Under the pieces are notes generated by a model, which was not told the DNA's origin, searched no databases, and worked only from the letters and a program-made list of their open reading frames with translations. 64,000 bases of DNA from the NCBI GenBank assembly GCA_051893475.1, contig JBJFHH010000027.1:1526-65525 (forward strand). The letters are read 5' to 3'. This document shows positions 53,525-62,725 of this stretch, one piece after another (the first letter of the stretch is position 1; each line of letters begins with the position of its first letter). The DNA comes from Bacillus sp. (in: firmicutes) (lineage in GTDB: Bacteria; Bacillota; Bacilli; Bacillales; DSM-1321). The position numbers were made by a program, and so were the translations under genes.

Positions 53525-54844
53525 GTGAAAGTAGAGCAATTATTGCCTTTTGTGCAAGAAATCGATACATATAAGCGCTACGGCAAAGTAAAACGGGTTG
53601 TAGGGCTGATGATTGAGTCACAAGGACCGGCAAGCTCAATCGGCGACCTTTGTTATATTCATGTCGGATCAAAATCAGCTAAGCGGCTAATAAGAGCTGA
53701 AGTAGTCGGTTTTAAAGAAGAAAATGTTCTTTTAATGCCGTATACAGTTTTAAATGATATAGCACCGGGCTGTATTGTAGAAGCAACGATGAAACCTTTG
53801 GAAATTAAAGTTGGAGCAGATTTAATTGGCAGTGTTGTCGACCCTCTTGGCATGCCTTTAGACGGATCGGCTTTGCCGAAAGGATTGTCTACAATCGGTA
53901 CCGATCAAAATCCTCCTAACCCGATGAACCGTCCTCCTGTTAATGAGCCGATTGAGGTTGGGGTTCGGTTGATCGACAGCTTACTGACTGTCGGCAAAGG
54001 ACAGAGGGTCGGTATTTTTGCCGGAAGCGGTGTAGGGAAAAGTACATTGCTTGGAATGGTTGCCAGAAATACAACCGCTGATTTGAATGTTATTGGATTA
54101 ATCGGAGAACGTGGCCGAGAAGTGCGTGAATTTATCGAGAAGGATTTAGGACCGGAAGGTTTGAAGCGTTCGATTATCGTTGTTGCTACCTCTGATCAGC
54201 CGGCGCTGATGAGGATTAAGGGAGCTTATACGGCAACAGCAATAGCGGAATATTTTCGCGATAAAGGTTTAAATGTGATGCTGATGATGGACTCGGTTAC
54301 CCGTGTCGCGATGGCGCAAAGGGAAATCGGCTTAGCGGTTGGCGAGCCGCCGACTACGAAAGGATACACACCATCTGTATTTGCAATATTGCCGAAATTG
54401 CTGGAAAGAACGGGAACGAATCAGCTCGGTTCGATTACTGCTTTTTATACGGTGCTAGTAGATGGTGATGACATGAATGAACCGATTGCTGATACGGTTC
54501 GCGGGATATTGGATGGTCACTTTGTACTCGATCGTCAGCTTGCCAATAAAGGTCAATATCCGGCCGTTAATGTATTGAAAAGCATTTCGCGAATTATGAG
54601 CAATATTATTACGCCGGAGCATAAGGAAAGTGCGATTAAGCTCAGAGAAATGTTGGCGAAATACATCGAGAATGAAGACTTGATTAACATTGGCGCATAT
54701 AAGCGAGGAACTTCGAAGGAAATCGATGAAGCGATTCGTAAATATCCGCAAATCATTTCTTTTTTAAAACAAAGAACAGATGAAGCAGTCACCAGTGAAA
54801 CAGGCATTCAAGCACTTATTAATCTAATAGGAAGTGTGGAATAG
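53525..54844 (+). CDS. fliI: Flagellar export ATPase FliI
   Basis: AGSGVGKST, GERGRE, MDSVTR, DGDDMNEP; GTG start. Confidence 0.97.
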   Translation: MKVEQLLPFVQEIDTYKRYGKVKRVVGLMIESQGPASSIGDLCYIHVGSKSAKRLIRAEVVGFKEENVLLMPYTVLNDIAPGCIVEATMKPLEIKVGADLIGSVVDPLGMPLDGSALPKGLSTIGTDQNPPNPMNRPPVNEPIEVGVRLIDSLLTVGKGQRVGIFAGSGVGKSTLLGMVARNTTADLNVIGLIGERGREVREFIEKDLGPEGLKRSIIVVATSDQPALMRIKGAYTATAIAEYFRDKGLNVMLMMDSVTRVAMAQREIGLAVGEPPTTKGYTPSVFAILPKLLERTGTNQLGSITAFYTVLVDGDDMNEPIADTVRGILDGHFVLDRQLANKGQYPAVNVLKSISRIMSNIITPEHKESAIKLREMLAKYIENEDLINIGAYKRGTSKEIDEAIRKYPQIISFLKQRTDEAVTSETGIQALINLIGSVE

Positions 54845-55291
54845 ATGGGGTCCTTTCGTTATAAATTTGAGAAGATTCTTGCAGTTCGGGAAAAAGAAAA
54901 AGCAGATGCGCAAGCAAAGTACAGCGAATCAGTAAACAAGTTTGAGGAAGTTGCCAATAAACTGTACAAGCTTTTGAAAAAGAAAGAGGATTTGCTCGAA
55001 TATCAGCAGGAGAAAATGAAGCTGGGCTTATCCGTTATGGAACTGCGTCAGCATCAGGTGTTTATGGATAATGTAGAAAAAACGATTGTGCATTATCAGC
55101 AGCAGGTCATAGTCGCCAGACAGCGAATGGAAGCGTATCAGGCAGTGCTTATTGAGCGCAATATAGAAGTGAAAAAGTATGTAAAAATAAAAGAAAAACA
55201 GTTTGAAAGATTTATCGAAGCGAGCAAAGCGGAAGAGTCGATTCAAATGGACGATCTATCAATTCAAACATTTATAAGCAAAGAAAATTAG
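54845..55291 (+). CDS. fliJ: Flagellar export protein FliJ
   Basis: F.YKFEKIL.VRE.EK coiled coil, C-terminal MDDLS; follows fliI. Confidence 0.92.
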   Translation: MGSFRYKFEKILAVREKEKADAQAKYSESVNKFEEVANKLYKLLKKKEDLLEYQQEKMKLGLSVMELRQHQVFMDNVEKTIVHYQQQVIVARQRMEAYQAVLIERNIEVKKYVKIKEKQFERFIEASKAEESIQMDDLSIQTFISKEN

Positions 55292-55299
55292 GTGATTGT

Positions 55300-55920
55300 A
55301 TGGGAAAAAAAATACGCGATGCAGAAAACCTGAATGAAGAAAAGCCATACAACAAATTTCAATGGGTATTGCTTGCCATTATTCCGCTATTTTTTGTGAT
55401 TTTAATCACTCTTATTTTGATGACTGTAGCTGGTGTAAACGTCTTCCAATATGGCAAAGATATCGCAAGCAAAATTCCGGGTATTGAGTCGATGGTGCAG
55501 GAGGAAGAACAGGCTGAAAAATCCGCTGTTCAATATGGGGAGAAAATTGTTGAGCTGGAAGCGGAAATAGCGGATGCCAATGCTAAAATGGCAAAATTGG
55601 AAACCTCGATTGTAAGCAAAGATGAGGAAATAGAAGACTTAAATATCGAGAAGCAAAGATTACAGCTGGAAATTGAAAAATTGAAGCTGCAACAGAATGA
55701 GAACAGACGCGCATTTAAAGATATCATCCGCACATATGAATCAATGTCACCGAAAAAAGCAGCGCAAATTATTACAGCTTTAGAGGAAGAAGAAGCAATC
55801 AAAGTGCTTTCGAACATTAAGGCGGATACATTATCAGCAATTTTGGAAAAAATGGAGCCGGGTGATGCTGCAAAACTGATGCAAAAACTAAGTGAAAACA
55901 GTACAAGTGAAAATGACTAA
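55300..55920 (+). CDS. ylxF: MotE/YlxF family protein (MgtE-N-like)
   Basis: TM helix, coiled coil, YESMSPKKAAQII...ILEKMEP.DAA. Confidence 0.85.
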   Translation: MGKKIRDAENLNEEKPYNKFQWVLLAIIPLFFVILITLILMTVAGVNVFQYGKDIASKIPGIESMVQEEEQAEKSAVQYGEKIVELEAEIADANAKMAKLETSIVSKDEEIEDLNIEKQRLQLEIEKLKLQQNENRRAFKDIIRTYESMSPKKAAQIITALEEEEAIKVLSNIKADTLSAILEKMEPGDAAKLMQKLSENSTSEND

Positions 55921-55940
55921 AAATGGAAGGGGGTGAATGA

Positions 55941-57311
55941 ATGAATGTATCGAGTATACAAGCCTTGCAGCCAACTAAAATATTGGATGAGCAAACTTCC
56001 GGAGCGAAAGCAAATAATGGTCTTTTTGGAGCAGTACTTTCACAATCGATGGAGACTACTGGTGTAAAAGAAGCTAGTTCTAATAATAGTACGTCAGAAT
56101 TAATATTATCTGCTGCCACTGTAAATACCGATAGTGAACTATCGGGTAATGAAGCAACTATAGACAACTCATTGCATTCATTGCTGGATTTTTTGCAACT
56201 AGAAGATATAGCACAATTGGATAACCGTAAACAACTGATGGAAGAGTTGCTATTTGCAACGCAGGATCAGCAGTTGTCCGTCATATTTGAGCATGTTGGT
56301 AACTTATTTAGCTCCGAATCGCTTGAAGAATTGCAAAGGTTGCTTTCTGAACAGACAAATGGAACAGGTGCAAATCTAGATTTATTGCAGCAGCTAAGTA
56401 TGATTGTCAATCTGGTAATCAATGAAGGGAATATAACTCATCAACGAATTTTATCTGTTGATGAGGGAATTAAATTGGCGAAAATATACACATTGTTCCA
56501 AAATGTTCTCGATTTATCAGCAGACGAAGTGATGAAGTTTGATGAACTAAAACAAAAATTGGAGCAATTAACTGTAAAACTCGAAAGTATTTTAGTTCCA
56601 AAAGAGAAAAGCGCATTAGAGTTGATGATGAATAAAAATAATGCTGCCGTTTTTAACGGTCAATTATTCAATTCAGATTATACGAAAATGCAAACTTCTG
56701 TACAATCAACAATCAGCAATACTAGTGATTCTACTGCTGCAATCAGCACGATTTCAACAAATTCAGAAGCTGGCACTGGCTCTCATAATCCTTTTATGAA
56801 CATGTCAAAGCTTGAGCAATTTGTATTGAATACTCAGTTGAGCGATAAAGGAACGGTGAATAGTGAGCAACTGCTCAAGTCATTTGAAAATATTATCAGA
56901 AAAGCGCAATTTACGAATCAGAACGGTATGCAGAAATTACTCATTAAACTGAATCCTGAGCATCTTGGTTCATTGCGTATAGAAATTATTCAGCAAAATG
57001 GAACAATGATTGCCAAAATCATTGCTTCCACTCAACAGGCAAAGGAATTGCTTGATCATCAGCTTCAAGGCTTAAAGCAGGCATTTGTGAATCAAAATAT
57101 CCCGGTTGAAAAACTGGAATTATCACAGCAATTCAGTAATCTATCACAAGAACGCAATTTGACTCGAGAGCAAGGACAACAGCAGAGCGGAGGACAATCT
57201 GGTTCTGATAAGTCTCAAGAAGACGAGCAAGTACTAGAACAATTCCAATCGCAATTTGAAGAAGCGTTATTAGAAGAGAAAGGTGCAGGTGATACAGATG
57301 ACTTCGATTGA
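55941..57311 (+). CDS. fliK: Flagellar hook-length control protein FliK
   Basis: C-terminal LLIKLNPEHLGSLRIE...AKELL..QL..LKQ and Q-rich tail. Confidence 0.9.
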   Translation: MNVSSIQALQPTKILDEQTSGAKANNGLFGAVLSQSMETTGVKEASSNNSTSELILSAATVNTDSELSGNEATIDNSLHSLLDFLQLEDIAQLDNRKQLMEELLFATQDQQLSVIFEHVGNLFSSESLEELQRLLSEQTNGTGANLDLLQQLSMIVNLVINEGNITHQRILSVDEGIKLAKIYTLFQNVLDLSADEVMKFDELKQKLEQLTVKLESILVPKEKSALELMMNKNNAAVFNGQLFNSDYTKMQTSVQSTISNTSDSTAAISTISTNSEAGTGSHNPFMNMSKLEQFVLNTQLSDKGTVNSEQLLKSFENIIRKAQFTNQNGMQKLLIKLNPEHLGSLRIEIIQQNGTMIAKIIASTQQAKELLDHQLQGLKQAFVNQNIPVEKLELSQQFSNLSQERNLTREQGQQQSGGQSGSDKSQEDEQVLEQFQSQFEEALLEEKGAGDTDDFD

Positions 57312-57981
57312 TGCGTCTCTTTATTTATCAGCATATAAACAGCAGCAAACACAAAGCACGAACAGCAATGATTACTTAGGAAAAGATGCTTTTTTGAAAA
57401 TATTAATGACGCAGCTGCAAAATCAGGATCCGATGAATCCAATGGAGGATAAAGAATTTATCGCGCAAATGGCCCAATTTTCTTCATTAGAGCAAATGAC
57501 AAACATGGCTACTTCTTTTGAGAAATTGGCAAGTTCACAAGAGCAAAGTCAAATGATTGCCTACAGTGATTTTGCAGGCAAAACAGTGAAATGGCATAAG
57601 CTTGTTGAAGGAGCAGATGGGAAACTGACAGAAACACTGACCGGTACGGGTTTCATCGAAAAGGTGAAATATAATAATGGCTCAGTTGTATTTGTACTAG
57701 ATGACGGAACGATATTGGAAGCTGAAAATATTTCTGAAGTGTTAAGTTCAAATTCAGATAAATCGGCAACATCGACTGAAAGTAATGCGCCAAGCTATGA
57801 TCAAAATCTCGTTCAAGCTAGCTCACTTATAGGCAAGATCGTTACATGGACGCAAAATGACCAAGAATTAGCGGCACTTGTAAATGCGGTATCAATCAAG
57901 AACGGCAAAATTGAATTTGAAGTAAATGATGAAAACAAAACGAGATTAACAGCGGATCAACTGCTTAAAGTATCTCAATAA
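57298..57981 (+). CDS. flgD: Flagellar hook cap protein FlgD
   Basis: LGKDAFLKILMTQLQNQDPMNPM..KEFIAQMAQFSSLEQ. Confidence 0.95.
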   Translation: MTSIDASLYLSAYKQQQTQSTNSNDYLGKDAFLKILMTQLQNQDPMNPMEDKEFIAQMAQFSSLEQMTNMATSFEKLASSQEQSQMIAYSDFAGKTVKWHKLVEGADGKLTETLTGTGFIEKVKYNNGSVVFVLDDGTILEAENISEVLSSNSDKSATSTESNAPSYDQNLVQASSLIGKIVTWTQNDQELAALVNAVSIKNGKIEFEVNDENKTRLTADQLLKVSQ

Positions 57982-57995
57982 GGAGTGAGACGAAG

Positions 57996-58067
57996 ATGAA
58001 AACAAACTTTCATCATTATGCGAATACTCCACTCATTACGAATATAAACGGAACAATCATTATGTAA
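57996..58067 (+). pseudogene. 23-aa relic of the TIGR02530-type flagellar operon protein (in-frame internal deletion)
   Basis: RBS AGGAGTGA, then MKTNFHHYANTPLITNINGTIIM*. The ending TNINGTII matches my recollection of that family's C-terminus; position flgD-flgE. Confidence 0.6.
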
Positions 58068-58138
58068 AGGCTTGACCTTTTTAGGGGGCCTTGATGCGCC
58101 AATTGATTGCCGCGCATCGGATTAGAAAGGGGAAAAAC

Positions 58139-59107
58139 ATGCTACGTTCAATGTATTCAGGAATCAGCGGTTTGAAAAACTTCCAAACAAAGCTTGATGT
58201 TATCGGGAATAATATTTCGAATGTTAATACATTCGGATTTAAGAAGAGTCGTGTGACATTTAAGGATATGATTAGTCAAAGTGTGGCTGGAGCTAGTGCC
58301 TCTACAGATACAAAGGGTGGAACAAACCCGATGCAAGTGGGTCTTGGATCATCAATTTCAGCGATAGATACAATACATACACAAGGTAATTTACAATCTA
58401 CTGGCAGATTGCTGGACTTAGCTATCTCAGGAGATGGCTATTTCGTTGTGGCGAATGGAAGTCCGGAAAATTTGGACTTGGACGAAGGAGCTCAAAAAGC
58501 AATCGGAATGGAGATGAATTATACTAGAGCAGGCAATTTTTATCTTGATTCAGAAGGATACTTAGTGAATGCAGATGGATTATATGTGGTTGGTATTAAT
58601 GCTAGTAGTCTATCTGGAGACGAGGAAATTTTTGATGAAGATGGAGCCTTTTTAGAAGAGTATCCACATACTATTAAAATTCCAACAACAGCAAAAGATA
58701 TGTCAATCGGCGCAGATGGAACTGTAACATATATCGCTGGAGAATATGCGGATGAAGACGGAATACCAATACCTTTTGAAGATGGATCTGATGATTCTGC
58801 TGTTAAACCTGGTGATTTAGTAGTTGCAGGTCGTTTAATCTTAGCAAAATTCTCTAACACAGGCGGTTTACAAAAATCAGGCAATAATTTATTCCAACCA
58901 ACAACAAACTCTGGTGACCCGGTTTATGCATTTTCCGGTCAGTCAGGAACAGGTGCGGTAGCTTCAAGTACTCTAGAGATGTCCAACGTAGACTTATCTG
59001 AGGAATTCACGGAAATGATTGTCGCTCAACGTGCTTTCCAAGCGAATACGCGTATTATTACAACATCGGATGAGATTTTGCAAGAGCTCGTAAACTTGAA
59101 GCGATAA
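58139..59107 (+). CDS. flgE: Flagellar hook protein FlgE (FlgE/FlgG family)
   Basis: MLRSMYSGISG..NFQTKLDVIGNNISNVNT, YTRAGNFYLD, LEMSNVDLSEEFTEMIVAQR. Confidence 0.9.
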   Translation: MLRSMYSGISGLKNFQTKLDVIGNNISNVNTFGFKKSRVTFKDMISQSVAGASASTDTKGGTNPMQVGLGSSISAIDTIHTQGNLQSTGRLLDLAISGDGYFVVANGSPENLDLDEGAQKAIGMEMNYTRAGNFYLDSEGYLVNADGLYVVGINASSLSGDEEIFDEDGAFLEEYPHTIKIPTTAKDMSIGADGTVTYIAGEYADEDGIPIPFEDGSDDSAVKPGDLVVAGRLILAKFSNTGGLQKSGNNLFQPTTNSGDPVYAFSGQSGTGAVASSTLEMSNVDLSEEFTEMIVAQRAFQANTRIITTSDEILQELVNLKR

Positions 59108-59163
59108 TGTAATGTTGGGAGGGACTTGAGCCGGGGGGTTAAAGGATTCCGGCTCGCTATTGC

Positions 59164-59385
59164 ATGATTAAAGTGACGAAATTGAATGGGAAAAGCTATC
59201 ATTTGAATGCCATCTTTATGGAGATGGTGGAAAGTAATCCTGATACGACAATCACGATGACAAACGGCAGCAAATATGTCGTTCGGGAATCGGAGCAGGA
59301 AATACTGCAAGCGATACATAATTATTATCAATCTATTAAAATCCTGGGCTATTTCGAGAAAGAGGATGGTGACGATGAAAAATAA
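59164..59385 (+). CDS. flbD: FlbD-family flagellar protein (SwrD/YlzI)
   Basis: MIKVTKLNG....LNA..ME.VES.PDTTIT..NG.KYVV.ES. Confidence 0.9.
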   Translation: MIKVTKLNGKSYHLNAIFMEMVESNPDTTITMTNGSKYVVRESEQEILQAIHNYYQSIKILGYFEKEDGDDEK

Positions 59386-59803
59386 GGCATTGACGATTAT
59401 GCTATTAATACTCGTCTCGATTACATTAGTCGGAGTAATTGCACTTGTTTTAATTTTAAATAAGAATGACAGCAGTGCTTCAGCAGATGCCCCGAGTGCT
59501 GATCAAATCGTGGAGGCGTCAGTTGTTGTTCCGGAGGTTACGACCAATTTGGCGGACGGTGATTTCGTGAAGATGGCTTTTACGATTCAAACGAGCGATA
59601 AAAAGGCGAAAGAAGAGCTTGAAAAACGTTTGTTCCAAGTCAATAACATCATTATTACAGAATTATCGGAGTTGAATGCTGAGCAGCTGCAGGGCAAGCA
59701 AGGTAAGGAACAGCTGCAAAGCATCATGAAACAAAGTATAAACGGCATCATGCAAGAAGGAACAGTAGAAAAGGTATACATTACCTCCTCAATTATCCAA
59801 TAA
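59375..59803 (+). CDS. fliL: Flagellar basal-body-associated protein FliL
   Basis: N-terminal TM helix, EVTTNLA, KVYITSSIIQ; start ATG 59375. Confidence 0.93.
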   Translation: MKNKALTIMLLILVSITLVGVIALVLILNKNDSSASADAPSADQIVEASVVVPEVTTNLADGDFVKMAFTIQTSDKKAKEELEKRLFQVNNIIITELSELNAEQLQGKQGKEQLQSIMKQSINGIMQEGTVEKVYITSSIIQ

Positions 59804-59955
59804 AGTGAAACTTTGCTCGGTGGGGGCTTCCATCCCCTGCCGAGCATTAGTTGAACCAATCGGGCTTTTAGGGACAGTTGCTCTCCCGCTTAGCAGCTCT
59901 AGTTTCATTTGCCATCTTGAAGTGGGTGATTTACTGTCCTTTAATGCGGGATAAA
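59800..59955 (-). mobile_element. bcr1-like ~155-bp repeat (MITE-like) inserted between fliL and fliM
   Basis: Bounded by ATAAA direct repeats (TTTAT on the minus strand). Minus strand reads TTTATCCCGC...AAAAGCCCGATTGGTTCAACTAAT...AAAGTTTCACTTTAT, as I recall for B. cereus bcr1. Two long hairpins. Confidence 0.8.
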
Positions 59956-60005
59956 GAGCTTGCGGCTGGCTATATTTTACTTTGCGATATACGGAGGTGA
60001 GAAAG

Positions 60006-61007
60006 TTGTCCAGTGAAATATTATCACAAAATGAGATTGATGCGCTGTTGTCCGCTTTATCAACGGGAGAAATGGATGCGGATGAATTGAAGAAAGAAGA
60101 ATCGGTCAGAAAGGTTAAAGTATATGACTTTAAACGGGCGTTGCGTTTTTCGAAAGATCAAATTCGCAGCTTGACTCGCATTCATGAAAACTTTGCAAGA
60201 CTGATTACTAACTTCTTTTCAGCGCAATTACGCACTTTTGTGCAAATTACTGTTGCATCTGTCGATCAAGTACCATATGAGGAGTTTATTCGCTCGATTC
60301 CGAAAATGACGATTTTAAACGTTTTTGAGGTACCGCCTCTTGATGGAAGAATTGTTATGGAAGTAAATCCGAATGTCGCCTATGCGATGTTGGACCGGGT
60401 ATTAGGAGGCAGAGGGACAAGCTTTAATAAGGTTGATAGTTTAACAGAAATTGAAACAAAAATAATGAGTAATTTGTTTGAAAGAGGCTTTGAAAATTTG
60501 CAGGAAGCATGGGCAACTTTGGAGGATATTGACCCAATATTAACGGAATTTGAGGTAAATCCGCAATTCTTGCAGATGGTTTCACCGAATGAAACGGTTA
60601 TTGTTATTTCATTAAATACACAAATTGGCGAGGCGTCAGGGATGATTAATATATGTCTCCCTCACGTTGTCCTTGAGCCGATTATTTCAAAATTATCCGT
60701 TCATCATTGGATGCAAACAGCAGCGAAGGACAGGCTTCCAGAGGAAACAATCATGATTGAAAAAAGGGTGAAGACAGCAGATGTTTCTGTTGTCGCTGAA
60801 ATCGGGAAAGCAGATATTTCTATTCAGGATTTCTTACACTTGGATGTCGGAGATGTGATTGATTTGAATGTTCATTTGGAACAGTCGCTAATTGTCAATG
60901 TTGGCGGAATACCGAAATTTGCGGCTCAGCCTGGAAAGGTCGGCAAAAAAATGGCTGTCCAAATTTTAGATACCTTAAAGGGGGGAGATGACGAAGATGT
61001 TGAGTGA
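60006..61007 (+). CDS. fliM: Flagellar motor switch protein FliM
   Basis: LSQNEIDALL, YDFKRALRFSKDQ, E.NPQF.Q; TTG start after GGAGGTGA. Confidence 0.97.
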   Translation: MSSEILSQNEIDALLSALSTGEMDADELKKEESVRKVKVYDFKRALRFSKDQIRSLTRIHENFARLITNFFSAQLRTFVQITVASVDQVPYEEFIRSIPKMTILNVFEVPPLDGRIVMEVNPNVAYAMLDRVLGGRGTSFNKVDSLTEIETKIMSNLFERGFENLQEAWATLEDIDPILTEFEVNPQFLQMVSPNETVIVISLNTQIGEASGMINICLPHVVLEPIISKLSVHHWMQTAAKDRLPEETIMIEKRVKTADVSVVAEIGKADISIQDFLHLDVGDVIDLNVHLEQSLIVNVGGIPKFAAQPGKVGKKMAVQILDTLKGGDDEDVE

Positions 61008-62235
61008 AGATATGTTATCTCAAGACGAAATTGATGCATTATTACGAGGAACAGATGAAGCGGATGATAGCTACACTGATGTTGCCGTGAAAGAACGGAA
61101 TATTAACGATTATGTGAACGGCATGGAAAGAGATGCATTGGGGGAAATCGGAAACATTTCTTTCGGCAGTTCAGCTACAGCCCTATCGACTCTCTTAAAT
61201 CAAAAAGTGGAGATTACGACACCGACTGTATCGTTAATTGAAAGAAAAAGATTACAAGAAGAGTTTCCGCATCCGTATGTGGCTATTCAAGTAAAATATA
61301 CAGTCGGATTTTCAGGTGTCAATCTGCTGGTCATTAAACAAAGCGATGCTGCCATTATTGCCGATTTAATGTTGGGTGGAGATGGCTTAAATATATCTGA
61401 CATATTGGGTGAAATACAGCTGAGTGCTGTACAGGAAGCGATGAACCAAATGATGGGTTCAGCGGCAACGTCGATGTCGACGATTTTTAATAAGAAGGTA
61501 GATATTTCGCCGCCTAGCATTGATTTATTGAATATTGAAACAGGTGAAGGCGAACAATCAATACCGCAGGATGATCCTTTAATTAAAATTTCATTCCGTT
61601 TAAAAATCGGCGAATTGATTGATTCAAATATTATGCAGCTGCTTCCTATACATTTTGCTAAGGAACTGGTGAATGATTTATTAAATCCTGTTGAGCAACC
61701 GGCAACGCAAATGAAAACGGAAGTGCCTGTGTCAGGCCAGATGCCGGTTCATCAGAAACCATCCGGGATAGAGAGCCTACATATACAGTCTCAAGTTCAA
61801 CAGCAGCCTGTTTATCCGGAAGCTGTGCAAACGGACGCGGTATATAACTCACCGCTTCCGCCATCAAGCGGACCTCAGCATTTAGGTTCAGCTTATGGAC
61901 AGCCGGGACAGCCTGTAAACGTGCAGCCAGCGCAGTTTTCGGACTTTGATGTACCGCATCTGCAGCCGAATGAAGCAAAAAATTTGAATATGCTGCTGGA
62001 TATTCCGCTGCAGGTAACGGTTGAGCTTGGAAGAACGAATCGCTCAGTGAAAGAAATATTAGAGCTATCAGCGGGATCAATTATTGAATTAGATAAACTG
62101 GCGGGAGAGCCGGTTGATATTTTGGTCAACAGCCGTCTAGTGGCAAAGGGTGAAGTAGTCGTAATCGATGAGAACTTTGGTGTAAGAGTGACTGATATTT
62201 TAAGTGAGTCAGAACGATTGAATAAATTACGTTAA
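60997..62235 (+). CDS. fliY: Flagellar motor switch phosphatase FliY
   Basis: LSQDEIDALL, CheC-like EIGN/EAMN motifs, FliN domain LDIPLQVTVELG. Confidence 0.96.
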   Translation: MLSEDMLSQDEIDALLRGTDEADDSYTDVAVKERNINDYVNGMERDALGEIGNISFGSSATALSTLLNQKVEITTPTVSLIERKRLQEEFPHPYVAIQVKYTVGFSGVNLLVIKQSDAAIIADLMLGGDGLNISDILGEIQLSAVQEAMNQMMGSAATSMSTIFNKKVDISPPSIDLLNIETGEGEQSIPQDDPLIKISFRLKIGELIDSNIMQLLPIHFAKELVNDLLNPVEQPATQMKTEVPVSGQMPVHQKPSGIESLHIQSQVQQQPVYPEAVQTDAVYNSPLPPSSGPQHLGSAYGQPGQPVNVQPAQFSDFDVPHLQPNEAKNLNMLLDIPLQVTVELGRTNRSVKEILELSAGSIIELDKLAGEPVDILVNSRLVAKGEVVVIDENFGVRVTDILSESERLNKLR

Positions 62236-62254
62236 TTAATGGAGGTAAGTTGAA

Positions 62255-62617
62255 ATGGCACATAAAATTTTAATTGTTGATGATGCTGCATTTATGCGAA
62301 TGATGATTAAGGACATTTTAATAAAAAACGGGTTTGAGGTAGTCGGCGAAGCAGCTGATGGAGCACAAGCCGTAACATTATATAAGGAATTGCAGCCGGA
62401 TTTAGTTACGATGGATATTACAATGCCGGAAATGGATGGTATTACGGCTTTGAAGCAAATTAAAGCTGATTATCCATCTGCAAAAGTCATTATGTGTTCA
62501 GCAATGGGACAGCAGGCAATGGTAATTGATGCAATCCAAGCCGGAGCGCGTGATTTTATCGTGAAGCCGTTCCAGGCTGACCGTGTTATCGAAGCAATCA
62601 ATAAAGTATTAAATTAA
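62255..62617 (+). CDS. cheY: Chemotaxis response regulator CheY
   Basis: IVDDAAFMRMMIK, DITMPEMDG, KPF. Confidence 0.96.
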   Translation: MAHKILIVDDAAFMRMMIKDILIKNGFEVVGEAADGAQAVTLYKELQPDLVTMDITMPEMDGITALKQIKADYPSAKVIMCSAMGQQAMVIDAIQAGARDFIVKPFQADRVIEAINKVLN

Positions 62618-62725
62618 TAGTGACAACAGTTGTGCCTCCGGAGCATTGTGTATACCGGAGGCAGACGCTGTGTTTGTTTCAGCAATGAGAGATTTATAAC
62701 TGGTGGTTAGAGGGTGTAACATATT

